Counted from the first letter of the stretch, positions 36,411 through 46,669 are shown. The stretch is DNA of 64,000 nucleotides from Polyangiales bacterium (GCA_044229975.1 JBGARZ010000023.1:32001-96000); one strand, 5' to 3'. Made by a program: numbers and translations. The notes: generated by a model not told the origin, from the letters alone.

Positions 36411-39400
36411 TCATGCCGTCACCGTGGCCGGATCTCGATGGTCTTGGGTCAGAGCACCGAACCGTCGGTAGAGCGCGGGCACCACGAACATGTTGAGCAC
36501 TGTCGAGGAGAACAGCCCGCAGAGGATCACGACCGCCATCGGGGCCTGGATCTCGCTCCCGGGCCGCCCTCCTGCCAGTGCCAGGGGTACGAGGCCCAGG
36601 CCCGCCGCGAGCGCCGTCATCAGGATGGGAACGAGGCGCTCCAGGGCGCCGCGTCGCACCGCCTCGTGCGGGTCGGTCACGCCCTCTTCGTGCGCCAGAT
36701 GGCGGACGTGCGACACGAGCATGATGCCGTTGCGCGTCGCCACGCCGAAGAGCGTGATGAAGCCCACGAGCGAGGCGACCGAGAGCACGCCGCCTTCGAG
36801 GTAGACGCCGACGACGCCTCCCACGAGCGCGAGCGGCAGGTTGAGCATCACCAGCAGCGCGTCCCGCCCCGAGCGGAACGCCAGCGCGAGGAGCGCGAAG
36901 ACGCCGAGGATCGCCGCAGCGCCTGCGAGGGCGATGGTACGCGTCGCACCCTCGGCGCTCTCGAACTGGCCACCGTAGGCGATGCGGTAGCCGGGCGGGA
37001 GCGTGACGCCGCGCGCGATGGCCTGCCGCACATCGCCCACGACGCTGCCCACGTCGCGTGCGGCGACGTTGCAGCTCACCACGAGCTTGCGCTCGACGCC
37101 CTCGCGGCCGATCTCGTGTGGGGCCCGGTCGCGCCGGACGTCGGCCAGCGCCCGCAGGGGCACCCGCGCGCCGCGTGGGGTCAGCACGAGGGCGTCGCCG
37201 AGGGCGTCGATCGACGGGGCGCGCGCAGGGTCCATGCGGGCGACGAGCTCGAACACCGCTGTGCCCTCCATCACCTCGGAGACGACGTGCGTGCCCGTCG
37301 TGACCTCCAGCGTGCGAGCGACGTCGGCCACCCGCAGGCCGTGGCGGGCGATCGCCGCGCGGTCGAAGCGCACCCGCACGAAGGGGATGTCAGCCTGCTG
37401 CTCGCGGGCGAGGTCCACGACGCCGGGGACGCCGCGCATGGCGGTCTCGATGGCGGCCCCGAGGCGACGCAGCTCCGAGAGGTCGGGGCCGAAGAGCTTC
37501 ACCGCTACGCTGGCGCGCGTGCCCGACAGCATGTGGTCGATGCGGTGCCCGATGGGCTGACCCACCGTGACGTTCATCCCAGGCAGCAGGGAGAAGTCGC
37601 GCCGCAGCGCTGCCAGGAAGGTCTCCCGCGAGCGTGCCGTCTCCCGCAGGCTCACGTCGAGCTCGGAGGCGTGAACTCCCTGGGCGTGTTCGTCCATCTC
37701 CGCGCGCCCGGTGCGGCGAGCGACCGAGACGACCTCCCGGTGGCGCATCAGGATCCGCTCGACCCGCCGGCCCATGGCGTCCGACTCTGCCAGCGACGTT
37801 CCGGGGAGGGTCACGGTCGCGATGGTGAGCGTGCCTTCGCGGAACTCCGGTAGAAACGACCGTCCTGCGAGCGCGAGCGCGACGCCGGCCCCGCCGAGGA
37901 GCACCAGCGCGACGGCGGCGAGCACCCGCCACCCGCGGAGCGCGCGGTCGAGCAGCGGAGCGTAGCGGGCCTTGAGCCAGGCGGCGAGGCGAGGTTCCTC
38001 GGCCCGGGTCACCGCGCGCGCACCGGGCAGCAGGAACGAACAGAGCACCGGCGTGACGGTGACGGCCACGAGAAGCGAGGCCCCGAGCGACACCACGTAG
38101 GCGAGGCCCAACGGCTGGAGGAGCCGCCCCTCGACCCCCGACAGGAAGAAGAGCGGCGAGAACACCGCCACCACGATGAGCGTCGCGAAGACGATGGAGC
38201 TGCGGATCTCGCGGCTCGCGGCGAGGACGATGGCGAGCGCGGCCGCGCGCCGGTCGGGCGGCAGGGCGGCGTTTTCGCGGAGGCGGCGGACGACGTTTTC
38301 GACGTCGATCACGGCGTCGTCCACCAGCTCGCCGACCGCGATGGCCATGCCACCCAGGGTCATGGTGTTGAGCGTCGCACCGAAGGCGGACAGTGCGAAG
38401 ACCGCCGTCATCAGGCTCAGCGGAATGGCCACGATCGTAATGACGCTGGCCCGTCCGCTCGCGAGGAAGAGGAGCACGACGAGCAGCACGAGCCCGACGC
38501 CGTCGCGCAGGGCCGTCGTGACGTTGTGGATGGCCACGTCGATGAAGTCGGCCTGGCGGAAGATGTTGCGGTGGATGGTCATCCCAGCGGGCAACGCGCG
38601 TGCGATCTCGTCGAGCTCGCGGTCGAGGCGCGTGGTGAGTTCGAGGGTGTTGGCGCCGGGCTGCCGCTGGATGCCCAGCACGACCGCCGGCTCCGCGCGG
38701 TAGGACCCTTCGCCTCGCTTGAGCGCCGCGCCGACACGCACTTCGCCGAGGTGACGCACCAGCACGGGCTCCTCGCCGCGCATCGCCACCAGCGTCTCGC
38801 CGACGTCCTCGACCGAGCGGACGCGACCCGTGCCGTGGACGAGGTACTCCTGCGCCCCTTCGGCGAGGAAGCCCGCCGACACGTTGAGGTTGCTGTCGGC
38901 GAGCGCTCGAAGCACCTCGTCCACCGTGAGGCGGTAGGCGACGAGGCGGTCGGGGTTGAGCACCACCTCGAACTGACGCCGCTCGCCGCCCGTCACCACC
39001 ACCTGCGACACGCCGGGTACCGCGAGGAGGCGCCGCCGAACCGTGAAGTCGGCCGCGGTACGCACCTCCATCGGCGTGTGCCGCGCGCTCGTCATCGCGA
39101 CGAAGAGGATCTCGCCCATGATCGACGAGACCGGCGCGAGCACTGGCGCTTCGACCTCGGCGGGGAGCGCGCCCTGCACCAACTGGAGCTTCTCGCTCAC
39201 GATCTGCCGCGCGCGGAACACGTCCGCGCCCCACTCGAACTCCACGTAGACGATGGAGATGCCGACGCCCGTCGAGGAGCGCACGCGCCGCACCCCGGGC
39301 GCTCCGTTGACGGCCGTCTCGATTGGATAGGTGACGCGGGTCTCCAGCTCCTCGGGCGCCATCCCGTGCCCCTCGGTGAGGATGGTGACCGTCGGCGCCG

Positions 39401-39527
39401 TGAGGTCGGGAAACACATCGACGGGCATGTGCGAGGCCGTCCACGCACCCCAGCCGAGGAGCACGACCGCGAGCCCGAGCACGACGACCCGGTGGGCGAG
39501 GGACCAGCGCAGGATGGCGTCGATCAT
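36411..39527 (-). CDS. HME-RND heavy-metal efflux permease (second type)
   Basis: MPVDVFPDLTAP; GGMAIAVGELVDDAVIDVEN; RLVPILMTAL; EIQAPMA. Confidence 0.92.
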   Translation of the reverse strand: MIDAILRWSLAHRVVVLGLAVVLLGWGAWTASHMPVDVFPDLTAPTVTILTEGHGMAPEELETRVTYPIETAVNGAPGVRRVRSSTGVGISIVYVEFEWGADVFRARQIVSEKLQLVQGALPAEVEAPVLAPVSSIMGEILFVAMTSARHTPMEVRTAADFTVRRRLLAVPGVSQVVVTGGERRQFEVVLNPDRLVAYRLTVDEVLRALADSNLNVSAGFLAEGAQEYLVHGTGRVRSVEDVGETLVAMRGEEPVLVRHLGEVRVGAALKRGEGSYRAEPAVVLGIQRQPGANTLELTTRLDRELDEIARALPAGMTIHRNIFRQADFIDVAIHNVTTALRDGVGLVLLVVLLFLASGRASVITIVAIPLSLMTAVFALSAFGATLNTMTLGGMAIAVGELVDDAVIDVENVVRRLRENAALPPDRRAAALAIVLAASREIRSSIVFATLIVVAVFSPLFFLSGVEGRLLQPLGLAYVVSLGASLLVAVTVTPVLCSFLLPGARAVTRAEEPRLAAWLKARYAPLLDRALRGWRVLAAVALVLLGGAGVALALAGRSFLPEFREGTLTIATVTLPGTSLAESDAMGRRVERILMRHREVVSVARRTGRAEMDEHAQGVHASELDVSLRETARSRETFLAALRRDFSLLPGMNVTVGQPIGHRIDHMLSGTRASVAVKLFGPDLSELRRLGAAIETAMRGVPGVVDLAREQQADIPFVRVRFDRAAIARHGLRVADVARTLEVTTGTHVVSEVMEGTAVFELVARMDPARAPSIDALGDALVLTPRGARVPLRALADVRRDRAPHEIGREGVERKLVVSCNVAARDVGSVVGDVRQAIARGVTLPPGYRIAYGGQFESAEGATRTIALAGAAAILGVFALLALAFRSGRDALLVMLNLPLALVGGVVGVYLEGGVLSVASLVGFITLFGVATRNGIMLVSHVRHLAHEEGVTDPHEAVRRGALERLVPILMTALAAGLGLVPLALAGGRPGSEIQAPMAVVILCGLFSSTVLNMFVVPALYRRFGALTQDHRDPATVTA

Positions 39528-39534
39528 GCGGGCC

Positions 39535-41088
39535 TCAATGGGAGTGCCCGTGCGCGGGAACGGCACCGCCCGAGGCCGCGAGCTTCACCGACCACGCGCC
39601 CCGCGTGACGACGCGTTCGCCCGTGCGCACCCCGTCGGTCACGGCGACATAGCCGCGGTCGGAGGGGCCAAGCCGCACCGCACGGCGCTCGAAGGACTCG
39701 CCCTCGACCTGCACGAAGACCACACGATGGCTGCCGTCGTCCACGATCGCTCCGACGGGCACGGCGACGGCCTGGGTCGGCTCGCCGACGAGGAGGTGGG
39801 CGGTGACGAAGGCGCCGAGCGGGAGGCGCGCGCCCGGGTTTTCCACGGCGAAGAGGGTGGTCATCGTGCGCGAGGTGGGGTCGATGCGGTGGTCGTTCCC
39901 GAGGAACGCATCGGCGCCGAGCTCGACGGTCTGCCCGTGCCCGGGGAGCTCGAACCACGCGCCGCGCAGGTGCTCGACCCGACCGGCGTCGGCCTCGGGC
40001 ACGCGCGCGTCGAGCCAGAGCCGCGTGAGGTCGGCGACATGGAAGAGGGGCGCTCCGGCCTCGACGAAGGCGCCCGGCGCGACCTCGACCTCGACGAGCG
40101 TTCCGGCGAGCGGGGCGCGCACCTGGATGTTCCCCGTGCCGCCGCGGTTGCGGGTCTGCTCGACGCTCTGGAACTGCGCCCGCCGACGCTCGGCCGCGGC
40201 TAGCGCGGCGCGGGCCTCCTCCTCGACGTGCGTCGCTTCGACGACGCGGTGTTCGGGGACGGCGCCCTCGGCCCGCAGGGCGTCGAGGCGGGCGCGTTCG
40301 TGCGTGGCCCGCGCGAGGTCGAGGCGCGCGCTGGTGACGGCGAGGTCGATCGACGCTCGGTCCGATGCCTCCAGCCGAGGCACGAGCAGCGCGAGCGGGG
40401 CCTCCACGGCGACCGCCTCGCCGATGCGCGGGAACGTCGCGCCGACCCGCACTACCCGCCCCGCGGCAGGAGCCGCGACGATGACGTCGCCGTCACCCCG
40501 CGCGCGCAGCGTGCCGGTGACCGCGAGGGAGGGCCGGAAGGGACGCTCGGTCGCAGCCTCGGTCGCGAACTCCGTCTGCCACTGCTGCTCCTTGAGGAAG
40601 GAGATCCGTCCGGCGTGCTCGCGCTCGCTGGGTGTGGACCGCCGCGCGGCCTCCACGGACTCGAACACCTGCACGTCGCCGAGGTCGTGCGTGACCGTAC
40701 CGTTGGCCCACTGGACCTCCACGAGAAGACGACGCGCACCCGCTGCGGCTGGGATCGCGACGGGGTGGAAGATGCCGGGCACCTCGGCGTGCTCCGTCGA
40801 GAAGCGTTCCTCCGACGGGCCGCCGCGCAAGACGATCGTCACCCGACCGGCGCCCAGGGCGGAGAAGTCCGCGAGGCGCGTGACGTGCGCGGCGAAGGGC
40901 GAGGGGCGCCCGCGAACGAGGGCGCGCAGCTCGACGAAGAGCTCGGTCCGGTCCGTCCAGCTCGTGAAGGAGATCGTGGGAGGTGAGGCGGCCGTGGAGG
41001 CCGCGGTTGCCGCGTCGGGCCGATCGGCGCTCCCGAGCCCACCGCACGCGGTGATCATGGCGAGCAGGAGCAGGCTCCGGGGCTTCAT
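39535..41088 (-). CDS. RND membrane fusion lipoprotein with N-terminal extension
   Basis: Lipobox ITAC; ISFLKEQQW; APLAG; FERRAVRLG; C-terminal HGHSH. Confidence 0.88.
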   Translation of the reverse strand: MKPRSLLLLAMITACGGLGSADRPDAATAASTAASPPTISFTSWTDRTELFVELRALVRGRPSPFAAHVTRLADFSALGAGRVTIVLRGGPSEERFSTEHAEVPGIFHPVAIPAAAGARRLLVEVQWANGTVTHDLGDVQVFESVEAARRSTPSEREHAGRISFLKEQQWQTEFATEAATERPFRPSLAVTGTLRARGDGDVIVAAPAAGRVVRVGATFPRIGEAVAVEAPLALLVPRLEASDRASIDLAVTSARLDLARATHERARLDALRAEGAVPEHRVVEATHVEEEARAALAAAERRRAQFQSVEQTRNRGGTGNIQVRAPLAGTLVEVEVAPGAFVEAGAPLFHVADLTRLWLDARVPEADAGRVEHLRGAWFELPGHGQTVELGADAFLGNDHRIDPTSRTMTTLFAVENPGARLPLGAFVTAHLLVGEPTQAVAVPVGAIVDDGSHRVVFVQVEGESFERRAVRLGPSDRGYVAVTDGVRTGERVVTRGAWSVKLAASGGAVPAHGHSH

Positions 41089-42401
41089 GGCGCCTCCGTA
41101 CCGGTTGCACGATCGAGCTCGACGCGCGCGCGCCGGGCGGCCTGGTCGAGGTCGAGCGCGGTGAGTTCGTCGTCCCCGGCGCCGCGGTAGGCGTCGAGGA
41201 GTTCGAGCAGCGTCATCTCGCCGCCCTGGTAGCCCGCGGTCGCGATGCGAACGAGGTCCGCCGACGCCGCCCGCGCGTCCTCGCGGAAGCGCCGCGCGGC
41301 GCGCACGAGACGCGTCGCCTCGGCGTGTAGTCCCGCCACCTCGCCCGAGAGCTCGGACTCCAGCAGCGCCCTTCGTCCATTGAGCGCAAGCGCCTCGCTG
41401 CGGGCGGCGAGCGCGAGGCCCCCCGAGGCGTCCCAGAGGGGGAGGGTCAACGTGGCGCCGAGGAGGAAGCCGTCGGTGCGCCCCTGCGCCCCCGCATCGA
41501 CGCCCTTCCAACCGGCTTCGAGGCGCAGGTCGGGGAGCCACCACCGCGTCGCCGAGGCGAGCTCCAGGTCGGCGGCGCGGAGACGCTCCCCGAGGGCGCG
41601 GAGGCGCGGCCCCCGGCGTGCAACGTCTCGCAGGGTCGGAAGCGCTGTGGGTTCGCTCTCGGGCCGCAGCGGACCCTCCAGGGTGAGACCCGCCGCCTCG
41701 CCATCGGGCAGGCCAACCAGGGCCGCGAGGCGGGCTCGGGCGCGATCGAGGGCGGCCTCCTCGACCTGCGCGCGCCCCTCCGCAACGATCCGCTCGCGCT
41801 CCAGGCGACGCCGGTCGTAGAGCGCCGTGTCCCCGCGCGCGGTGCGGTGCGCGACAATCGTCAGGGCGGCCTCGATGCGCGCGCTCCAGGCGCGTACCGC
41901 CGTCGCGCGCTCGTGGTGGTAGAGGGCCTCGTAGAAGCGCAGCCGCGTGTCGGCGGCCACCTCGACGCGCGCAGCAGAACCGTCGTGCGTCGCGGCGCTC
42001 GCTCGGCGTTCGCCGGCCGCTCCGCGGAGGCCACGGCGGTTGCCGAGGTCGATCACCTGCGAGACGGACACGTAGTCTTCGCCGGTTCCGAGGGCGCCGA
42101 AGGTCTGCTCGCGCAGGTAGGTGATCTGCGGGTTGGGGTAGGCACCCAGGGCGCGCGCGTTCCCCCGCTCGGCGTCGATCGCTCCGCGGACGGTGTCGGC
42201 GAGGGGAGCCCGCGCGAGCGCCCGTCGCACCGCCTCATCGGCGGTGAGCACCACGGTGGTCACAGCCTGGTCCGTTGCGGGTACCTCGGTCTGCTGCGCG
42301 CGCCCGAGGGATGGCAGAAGGAGGAGAGCCCCAGCGACAAGGAACCGGCCGACGATCGGTTTTTCGGACGCGGCGAGCAGCACGGCGTTTCCTCGACGCA
42401 T
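41085..42401 (-). CDS. TolC-family outer-membrane factor
   Basis: Signal peptide; YPNP; LPLWD; GYQGGEMTLLELLDA. Confidence 0.88.
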   Translation of the reverse strand: MRRGNAVLLAASEKPIVGRFLVAGALLLLPSLGRAQQTEVPATDQAVTTVVLTADEAVRRALARAPLADTVRGAIDAERGNARALGAYPNPQITYLREQTFGALGTGEDYVSVSQVIDLGNRRGLRGAAGERRASAATHDGSAARVEVAADTRLRFYEALYHHERATAVRAWSARIEAALTIVAHRTARGDTALYDRRRLERERIVAEGRAQVEEAALDRARARLAALVGLPDGEAAGLTLEGPLRPESEPTALPTLRDVARRGPRLRALGERLRAADLELASATRWWLPDLRLEAGWKGVDAGAQGRTDGFLLGATLTLPLWDASGGLALAARSEALALNGRRALLESELSGEVAGLHAEATRLVRAARRFREDARAASADLVRIATAGYQGGEMTLLELLDAYRGAGDDELTALDLDQAARRARVELDRATGTEAP

Positions 42402-42410
42402 GGTCGCGCG

Positions 42411-43391
42411 TCAGTGGGTGAGCGCCCCGAGGAGCGACTCGGTGGCGTGATGGAGCGGGTCGCTTGCAGCGAGGAGGCCGAGCGCGACGAGGCCAACGAT
42501 CGCCAGCGGACGAGCGAGGGTCCCGGGTGCGCGCGGCGGTTCGAGCAGCGCCTCGACGCGGGCGGGCACGTCGCCCCCAAACGAAGCCGCGACGCTGGTG
42601 AGGTCGGGTGGCGTCTGGAGGAGGCGCTCGACCCGGAGGATCACCTCCGCGACCCGCAACCGATCGCCGACCGCGCGGCCCGCGGCCTCGTCGCAGCTCT
42701 GCTCGGCGGCGAGCGTGAGCGCGTGCAGGAGACGCGTCCGTGCGGGGCCCCAGACGAACACCGTCGCGGCGCGCGCGAGGAGCCGCAGCCCGGTGTCGCG
42801 TCGAAGCGCGTGCGCGCGCTCGTGATGGAGCATGACATCGAGGTCGGCCGGCGGGACACGCGAGAGCAGCCCCTCCGAGACGACGACCGCAGGGTGGACG
42901 ACGCCCACGAGCAGGCAGAGCGGCGTCGCGGTCGGGAGCACCTGCGCGCCGAGCCGTGCGTTGTCGTAGCGGCGATCGAGGAGCCGTGACGCGACGCGCG
43001 CGGCGCGAACGAGTCCGACCGTCGCGCTCAGCGCGCGGGACACGAGCCACCCCGCCGCGAGGGCGAGGAGGAGCCAGGAGGCGGGGTTCGCGGCGTGTGT
43101 CGGCGGGTGCAGGAAGCACAGGTGGACGTGCCCGTAGTGGGCGAGGCAGTGGTCATGCGCGGGCCAGCGGAGCGCGACGACCGACGGCAGGAGCGCGGCG
43201 AGGAGGCCGACGAGCCCGAGCACCAACGGTGCGACCGAAAGCAGCAGGAGCGCGCGGTGCCGCCGCTCGGGGGCCCACGACGCGACGTGCGCGAGGACGG
43301 AGGGAATGAGCGTGGAGACGGCGAGACCGATGAGGAGCGCGAAGCCGAGGCCCGCCAGGAGGACGAGCTGGAGCACGCCGAGGGCGTTCAT
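42411..43391 (-). CDS. M56/BlaR1-like membrane metallopeptidase without a penicillin-binding domain
   Basis: HERAH zinc motif, EQSCD; His/Cys loop HDHCLAHYGHVHLCFLH. Confidence 0.85.
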   Translation of the reverse strand: MNALGVLQLVLLAGLGFALLIGLAVSTLIPSVLAHVASWAPERRHRALLLLSVAPLVLGLVGLLAALLPSVVALRWPAHDHCLAHYGHVHLCFLHPPTHAANPASWLLLALAAGWLVSRALSATVGLVRAARVASRLLDRRYDNARLGAQVLPTATPLCLLVGVVHPAVVVSEGLLSRVPPADLDVMLHHERAHALRRDTGLRLLARAATVFVWGPARTRLLHALTLAAEQSCDEAAGRAVGDRLRVAEVILRVERLLQTPPDLTSVAASFGGDVPARVEALLEPPRAPGTLARPLAIVGLVALGLLAASDPLHHATESLLGALTH

Positions 43392-43795
43392 GGGCGCCCC
43401 TTGGCGCGAGCGCGCCGCTCTGCGACGAGGGCTTCGAGGCGCGCGAGGTGTTCGGGTCCAGCCCGCTCGGTGAGCTCGACGAAGGCCGAGACCATCGCGT
43501 TGGCCTCGCCGCGCATCAGCTCACCGACGAGCTCACCCAGGGCGCTGTGTTGGAACTCCTCGCGCGTGAGGCGCGGCCGGTAGACGTGCGCGTGACTGAC
43601 CTTGTCGCGCTCCAGGAGGTTCTTCTCGAAGAGCCGTTTCAGGGTCGATTGGATCGTGTTCAGGGTGATGCCGCGCTTCGCCCCGAGCGCGCCGTGGATG
43701 GCCTTCGCCTCGCCCTCACCGCCCCTCCAGAGGTGCTCCATCACGGCAGCTTCGAGGGTGCCGAGGAGCGGTGGTCGAACGGGGCCCAGAGCCAT
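43388..43795 (-). CDS. BlaI/MecI/CopY family repressor
   Basis: LGTLEAAVMEHLW..NTIQSTLKRLFEKNLLER..HAHVY. Confidence 0.92.
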   Translation of the reverse strand: MALGPVRPPLLGTLEAAVMEHLWRGGEGEAKAIHGALGAKRGITLNTIQSTLKRLFEKNLLERDKVSHAHVYRPRLTREEFQHSALGELVGELMRGEANAMVSAFVELTERAGPEHLARLEALVAERRARAKGRP

Positions 43796-43945
43796 CGCCC
43801 GACGGTATCCGAAGAAAACCGGGCGTCAATCGGTTTTCACTCGAACCTCTACGGCGACGGATCGGGCGGAGGCGCTTCCGGGCGGGGAGACCTGTCTCGG
43901 CGCACGGTATGAATCGCTCGCCCGTGGGGGCAGGATGACGGCGAT

Positions 43946-44671
43946 ATGAACCCCATCGACCGCAGGGACTTCGGCGCCGTCGCGCTCGGCGCCGCCGCCG
44001 CGACACTCCTCCATGATCGCGATGCCGAGGCCCAGCCGCGCCGCCCGGACGCCGGTCCGCCTCTCAGCCCGAGCCCGGCGGAGGCGGCCATCGCGCCGCT
44101 GCCGTTCGCGCCCGCGTCGCTGCCGGGGCTCTCGGAGCGGATGCTGGTCTCCCACCACGACAACAACTACGGCGGCGCGGTGCGCAAGCTCAACGAGATC
44201 CGCGCGCAACTCGGCACCTCCGACCCGGCGCAGTCGGGCGCGTATTGGAGCCTCTACGGGACGTTGAAGTCGGCCGAGCTCGCCGCGCGCAACAGCGCCG
44301 TCCTGCACGAACTCTACTTCGCCAACCTCGCGGCCGGGCAGCAGCCACCGGCCGCGCTCGCGACCATGGTGACGCAGCGCTTCGGCTCGCTCGACCGTTT
44401 CCGCGCACAGATGCTCGGCGCCGCGAAGGCGGCCAACGGCTGGGTGCTGCTGGTGGCCGACGGGGTCTCGCACACGCTGGAGATCGTCCAGACTGAGAAC
44501 CACGCCATGGGCGGCTGGAGCGCCTCGCCGCTGCTGGTGCTGGACGTCTACGAGCACGCGTTCGCCATCGACTACGGCGCCAACAAGCCCGGCTACTTCG
44601 ACGCCTTCTGGCGCAACGTCGGCTGGAACGCCGTCCACGAGCGGGCCGCGCGCGCGCTGACCCGAGGCTAG
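43946..44671 (+). CDS. Tat-exported Fe/Mn superoxide dismutase, ChrC-like
   Basis: DRRDF twin-arginine signal; GLSERMLVSHHDNNY, LHELYF, DVYEHAF ligand motifs. Confidence 0.85.
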   Translation: MNPIDRRDFGAVALGAAAATLLHDRDAEAQPRRPDAGPPLSPSPAEAAIAPLPFAPASLPGLSERMLVSHHDNNYGGAVRKLNEIRAQLGTSDPAQSGAYWSLYGTLKSAELAARNSAVLHELYFANLAAGQQPPAALATMVTQRFGSLDRFRAQMLGAAKAANGWVLLVADGVSHTLEIVQTENHAMGGWSASPLLVLDVYEHAFAIDYGANKPGYFDAFWRNVGWNAVHERAARALTRG

Positions 44672-44683
44672 GGCTCCCTGGGC

Positions 44684-44773
44684 GCGCCGGCGCTGGCGGT
44701 CGAGGGCTTGTCGTTCCGGCGCAACGGCCGGGCGGTGCTCGACGGCGTGACCTTCGAGGCGGCGGGCGGCGAG
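44684..44773 (+). pseudogene. Short remnant of an ABC ATP-binding protein N-terminus
   Basis: APALAVEGLSFRRNGRAVLDGVTFEAAGGE; breaks before Walker A. Confidence 0.5.
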
Positions 44774-44863
44774 GCAGATCGCCGTGCAGGAAGATCGCGG
44801 CGGGCCGTTCGCGCGGCCGGGTGCGGCCTGGGCCGCTGACGAGGCGATCGTTCGGACCGGCCG

Positions 44864-44889
44864 TGTAATGCCTCCGGGAAGTCTGCGTC
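44864..44889 (+). promoter_or_regulatory. ECF-type promoter TGTAAT-N16-CGTC upstream of the cupredoxin gene
   Basis: One of five copies with identical spacing. Confidence 0.75.
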
Positions 44890-44930
44890 TGTAGGGATGA
44901 ACGGCGGCAGGTCCGCCCGGAGGTGACGGC

Positions 44931-45326
44931 ATGACGACGCAACGAGGAATGCGGTGGGTGTTGGGCGCGGCGCTGGGCCTCGCGCCCTGGATGATGCCGG
45001 CGGTGGCGCGGGCGCAGGTCCCGGCGGGCGCCGCCGTCCGCGAGATCGAGGTGGTGGTGGACGGTGGCTACCAGCCCGCGCGCGTCGAGGTCGCGGCGGG
45101 CGAGCGTGTGCGGCTGCGCTTCGTCCGCCGCGACTACGGCGGCTGCACGCGCGAGGTGGTGTTCCCGACGCTGGGCCTGCGGCGCGAGCTGCCCACCGGC
45201 CGACCCGTGACGGTGGACCTGCCCGCCCTGCCGGCGGGCGAGACGCCCTTCGAGTGCGGGATGGGCATGGTGCGCGGCGTCGTGGTGGTCCGCGCGGCGC
45301 CCACCGCCGCCGGTTCGCGCCCGTAG
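44931..45326 (+). CDS. Secreted cupredoxin-domain protein (CupA-like)
   Basis: GGAGG RBS; signal peptide; GGYQP..GC..FECGMGMVRG. Confidence 0.9.
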   Translation: MTTQRGMRWVLGAALGLAPWMMPAVARAQVPAGAAVREIEVVVDGGYQPARVEVAAGERVRLRFVRRDYGGCTREVVFPTLGLRRELPTGRPVTVDLPALPAGETPFECGMGMVRGVVVVRAAPTAAGSRP

Positions 45327-45344
45327 GCCGTCGCGGAGGAGCCC

Positions 45345-45995
45345 GTGCCGACCCGTCCACGCTACGTCCCCGCGCTGGGCTTCCGCGCGCTCACGCCGCT
45401 CTACGACCTCGCGGTCCGGCTGACCACGCGCGAGGCCCTCTTCCGCGATCGCCTGGTGCGCGCCGCAGCCGTGGGGCCCGGGGAGCGCGTGCTCGACCTC
45501 GCCTGCGGCACCGGCTCGACCTCGGTCCTCTTGCAGCAGCGCCAGCCGTCCGCGGCGGTCTGTGGCCTCGACATCGACCCGGAGGTCCTCGTGCGCGCCC
45601 GGCGGAAGGCGGACCGCCTGGCGCTCCCGATCCGCTTCGAGGAGCGCTCCGCCACCGACCCACTGGACGACCTCGGCCCCTTCGACGTGGCGGTGTCGAG
45701 CCTCTTCTTCCACCACCTCGACGACGGCGCGAAGGTGCGCGCGCTCGCCAACGTCCGCGCGGCCCTGCGCGACGGCGGGCGCCTGCACGTCGTGGACTGG
45801 GGGCGCCCGAGCGGCGTTCGTACGGGCCTCGGGTTCCGCCTCGTGCGCCTCCTGGACGGGGCGGACAACACGGCCGCGAGCGCGCGCGGCACCTTTCCCG
45901 ACCTCGTCACGGCGGCCGGATTCCGCGACGTCGCCGAGACTGACAGCCTGGACACCGCGCTGGGGACACTGCGGTTCTTCCGCGCCACGGTGTGA
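45345..45995 (+). CDS. Class I SAM-dependent methyltransferase
   Basis: LTPLYD, VLDLACGTG, SSLFFHHL. Confidence 0.9.
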   Translation: MPTRPRYVPALGFRALTPLYDLAVRLTTREALFRDRLVRAAAVGPGERVLDLACGTGSTSVLLQQRQPSAAVCGLDIDPEVLVRARRKADRLALPIRFEERSATDPLDDLGPFDVAVSSLFFHHLDDGAKVRALANVRAALRDGGRLHVVDWGRPSGVRTGLGFRLVRLLDGADNTAASARGTFPDLVTAAGFRDVAETDSLDTALGTLRFFRATV

Positions 45996-46189
45996 GCGCC
46001 GCGGGCCGGTGCCGATCGGGCGAGGTGCGGGCGGCCGACCCGATGGCCTCCGCGCCAGTGCTGGTTGCTGCCATGCCGTTGGGCGAACAGGGCGGCGCGG
46101 GCGACTGCGCGGGGCCGACGCTCCGCACCTGCTTCGTGTAGGTACCGTTGTCGGCAGGAATGTCTGCCTTTCGGAGACGGAGAATCACC

Positions 46190-46669
46190 ATGAACCATCG
46201 CTCGGGCTTCGGGGCCTGCATCGCGCCGTGCCTCCTCATGGCGGCGTGCGCGTCCCGTCCTCCCGCCTCGACGCCCCCCGTGACGCAGACCAGCGGCGGC
46301 GAAGTCGTCCATCACGCCGCGGGCGCGCACCACGCGCCGGTCTTTCCGCCGGGGCCGATCGCCGAGATGTGGGACGCGCTCCGGCCGCTGACCCACGGGC
46401 GCGCGGGGTCGGTCCCCACAGAGCGCGACGGTCGCATCTGCGCTCGGGTCGATACGCTTCGTCAGCGCGCTGGCGTGCTCGCCGCAGCGCCCGTCCCGGC
46501 CGGGGCGGAGTCACGCGCCGATGCGTGGCGCGCCAGCACGACGCGGCTCGTGCGCGAGGCGGATGCGCTCGTCGCGTCGTGCGCGGACCCCACGCGCGCC
46601 GGGGCGTTCGAGCGTCTGGAGGCGCTGCATGTCACCTTTCACGAACTCACGGAGGACCTGCCCCCCTGA
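46190..46669 (+). CDS. Helical lipoprotein with His motifs
   Basis: GGAG RBS; lipobox MAAC; HHAAGAHH; C-terminal LHVTFHEL. Confidence 0.7.
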   Translation: MNHRSGFGACIAPCLLMAACASRPPASTPPVTQTSGGEVVHHAAGAHHAPVFPPGPIAEMWDALRPLTHGRAGSVPTERDGRICARVDTLRQRAGVLAAAPVPAGAESRADAWRASTTRLVREADALVASCADPTRAGAFERLEALHVTFHELTEDLPP

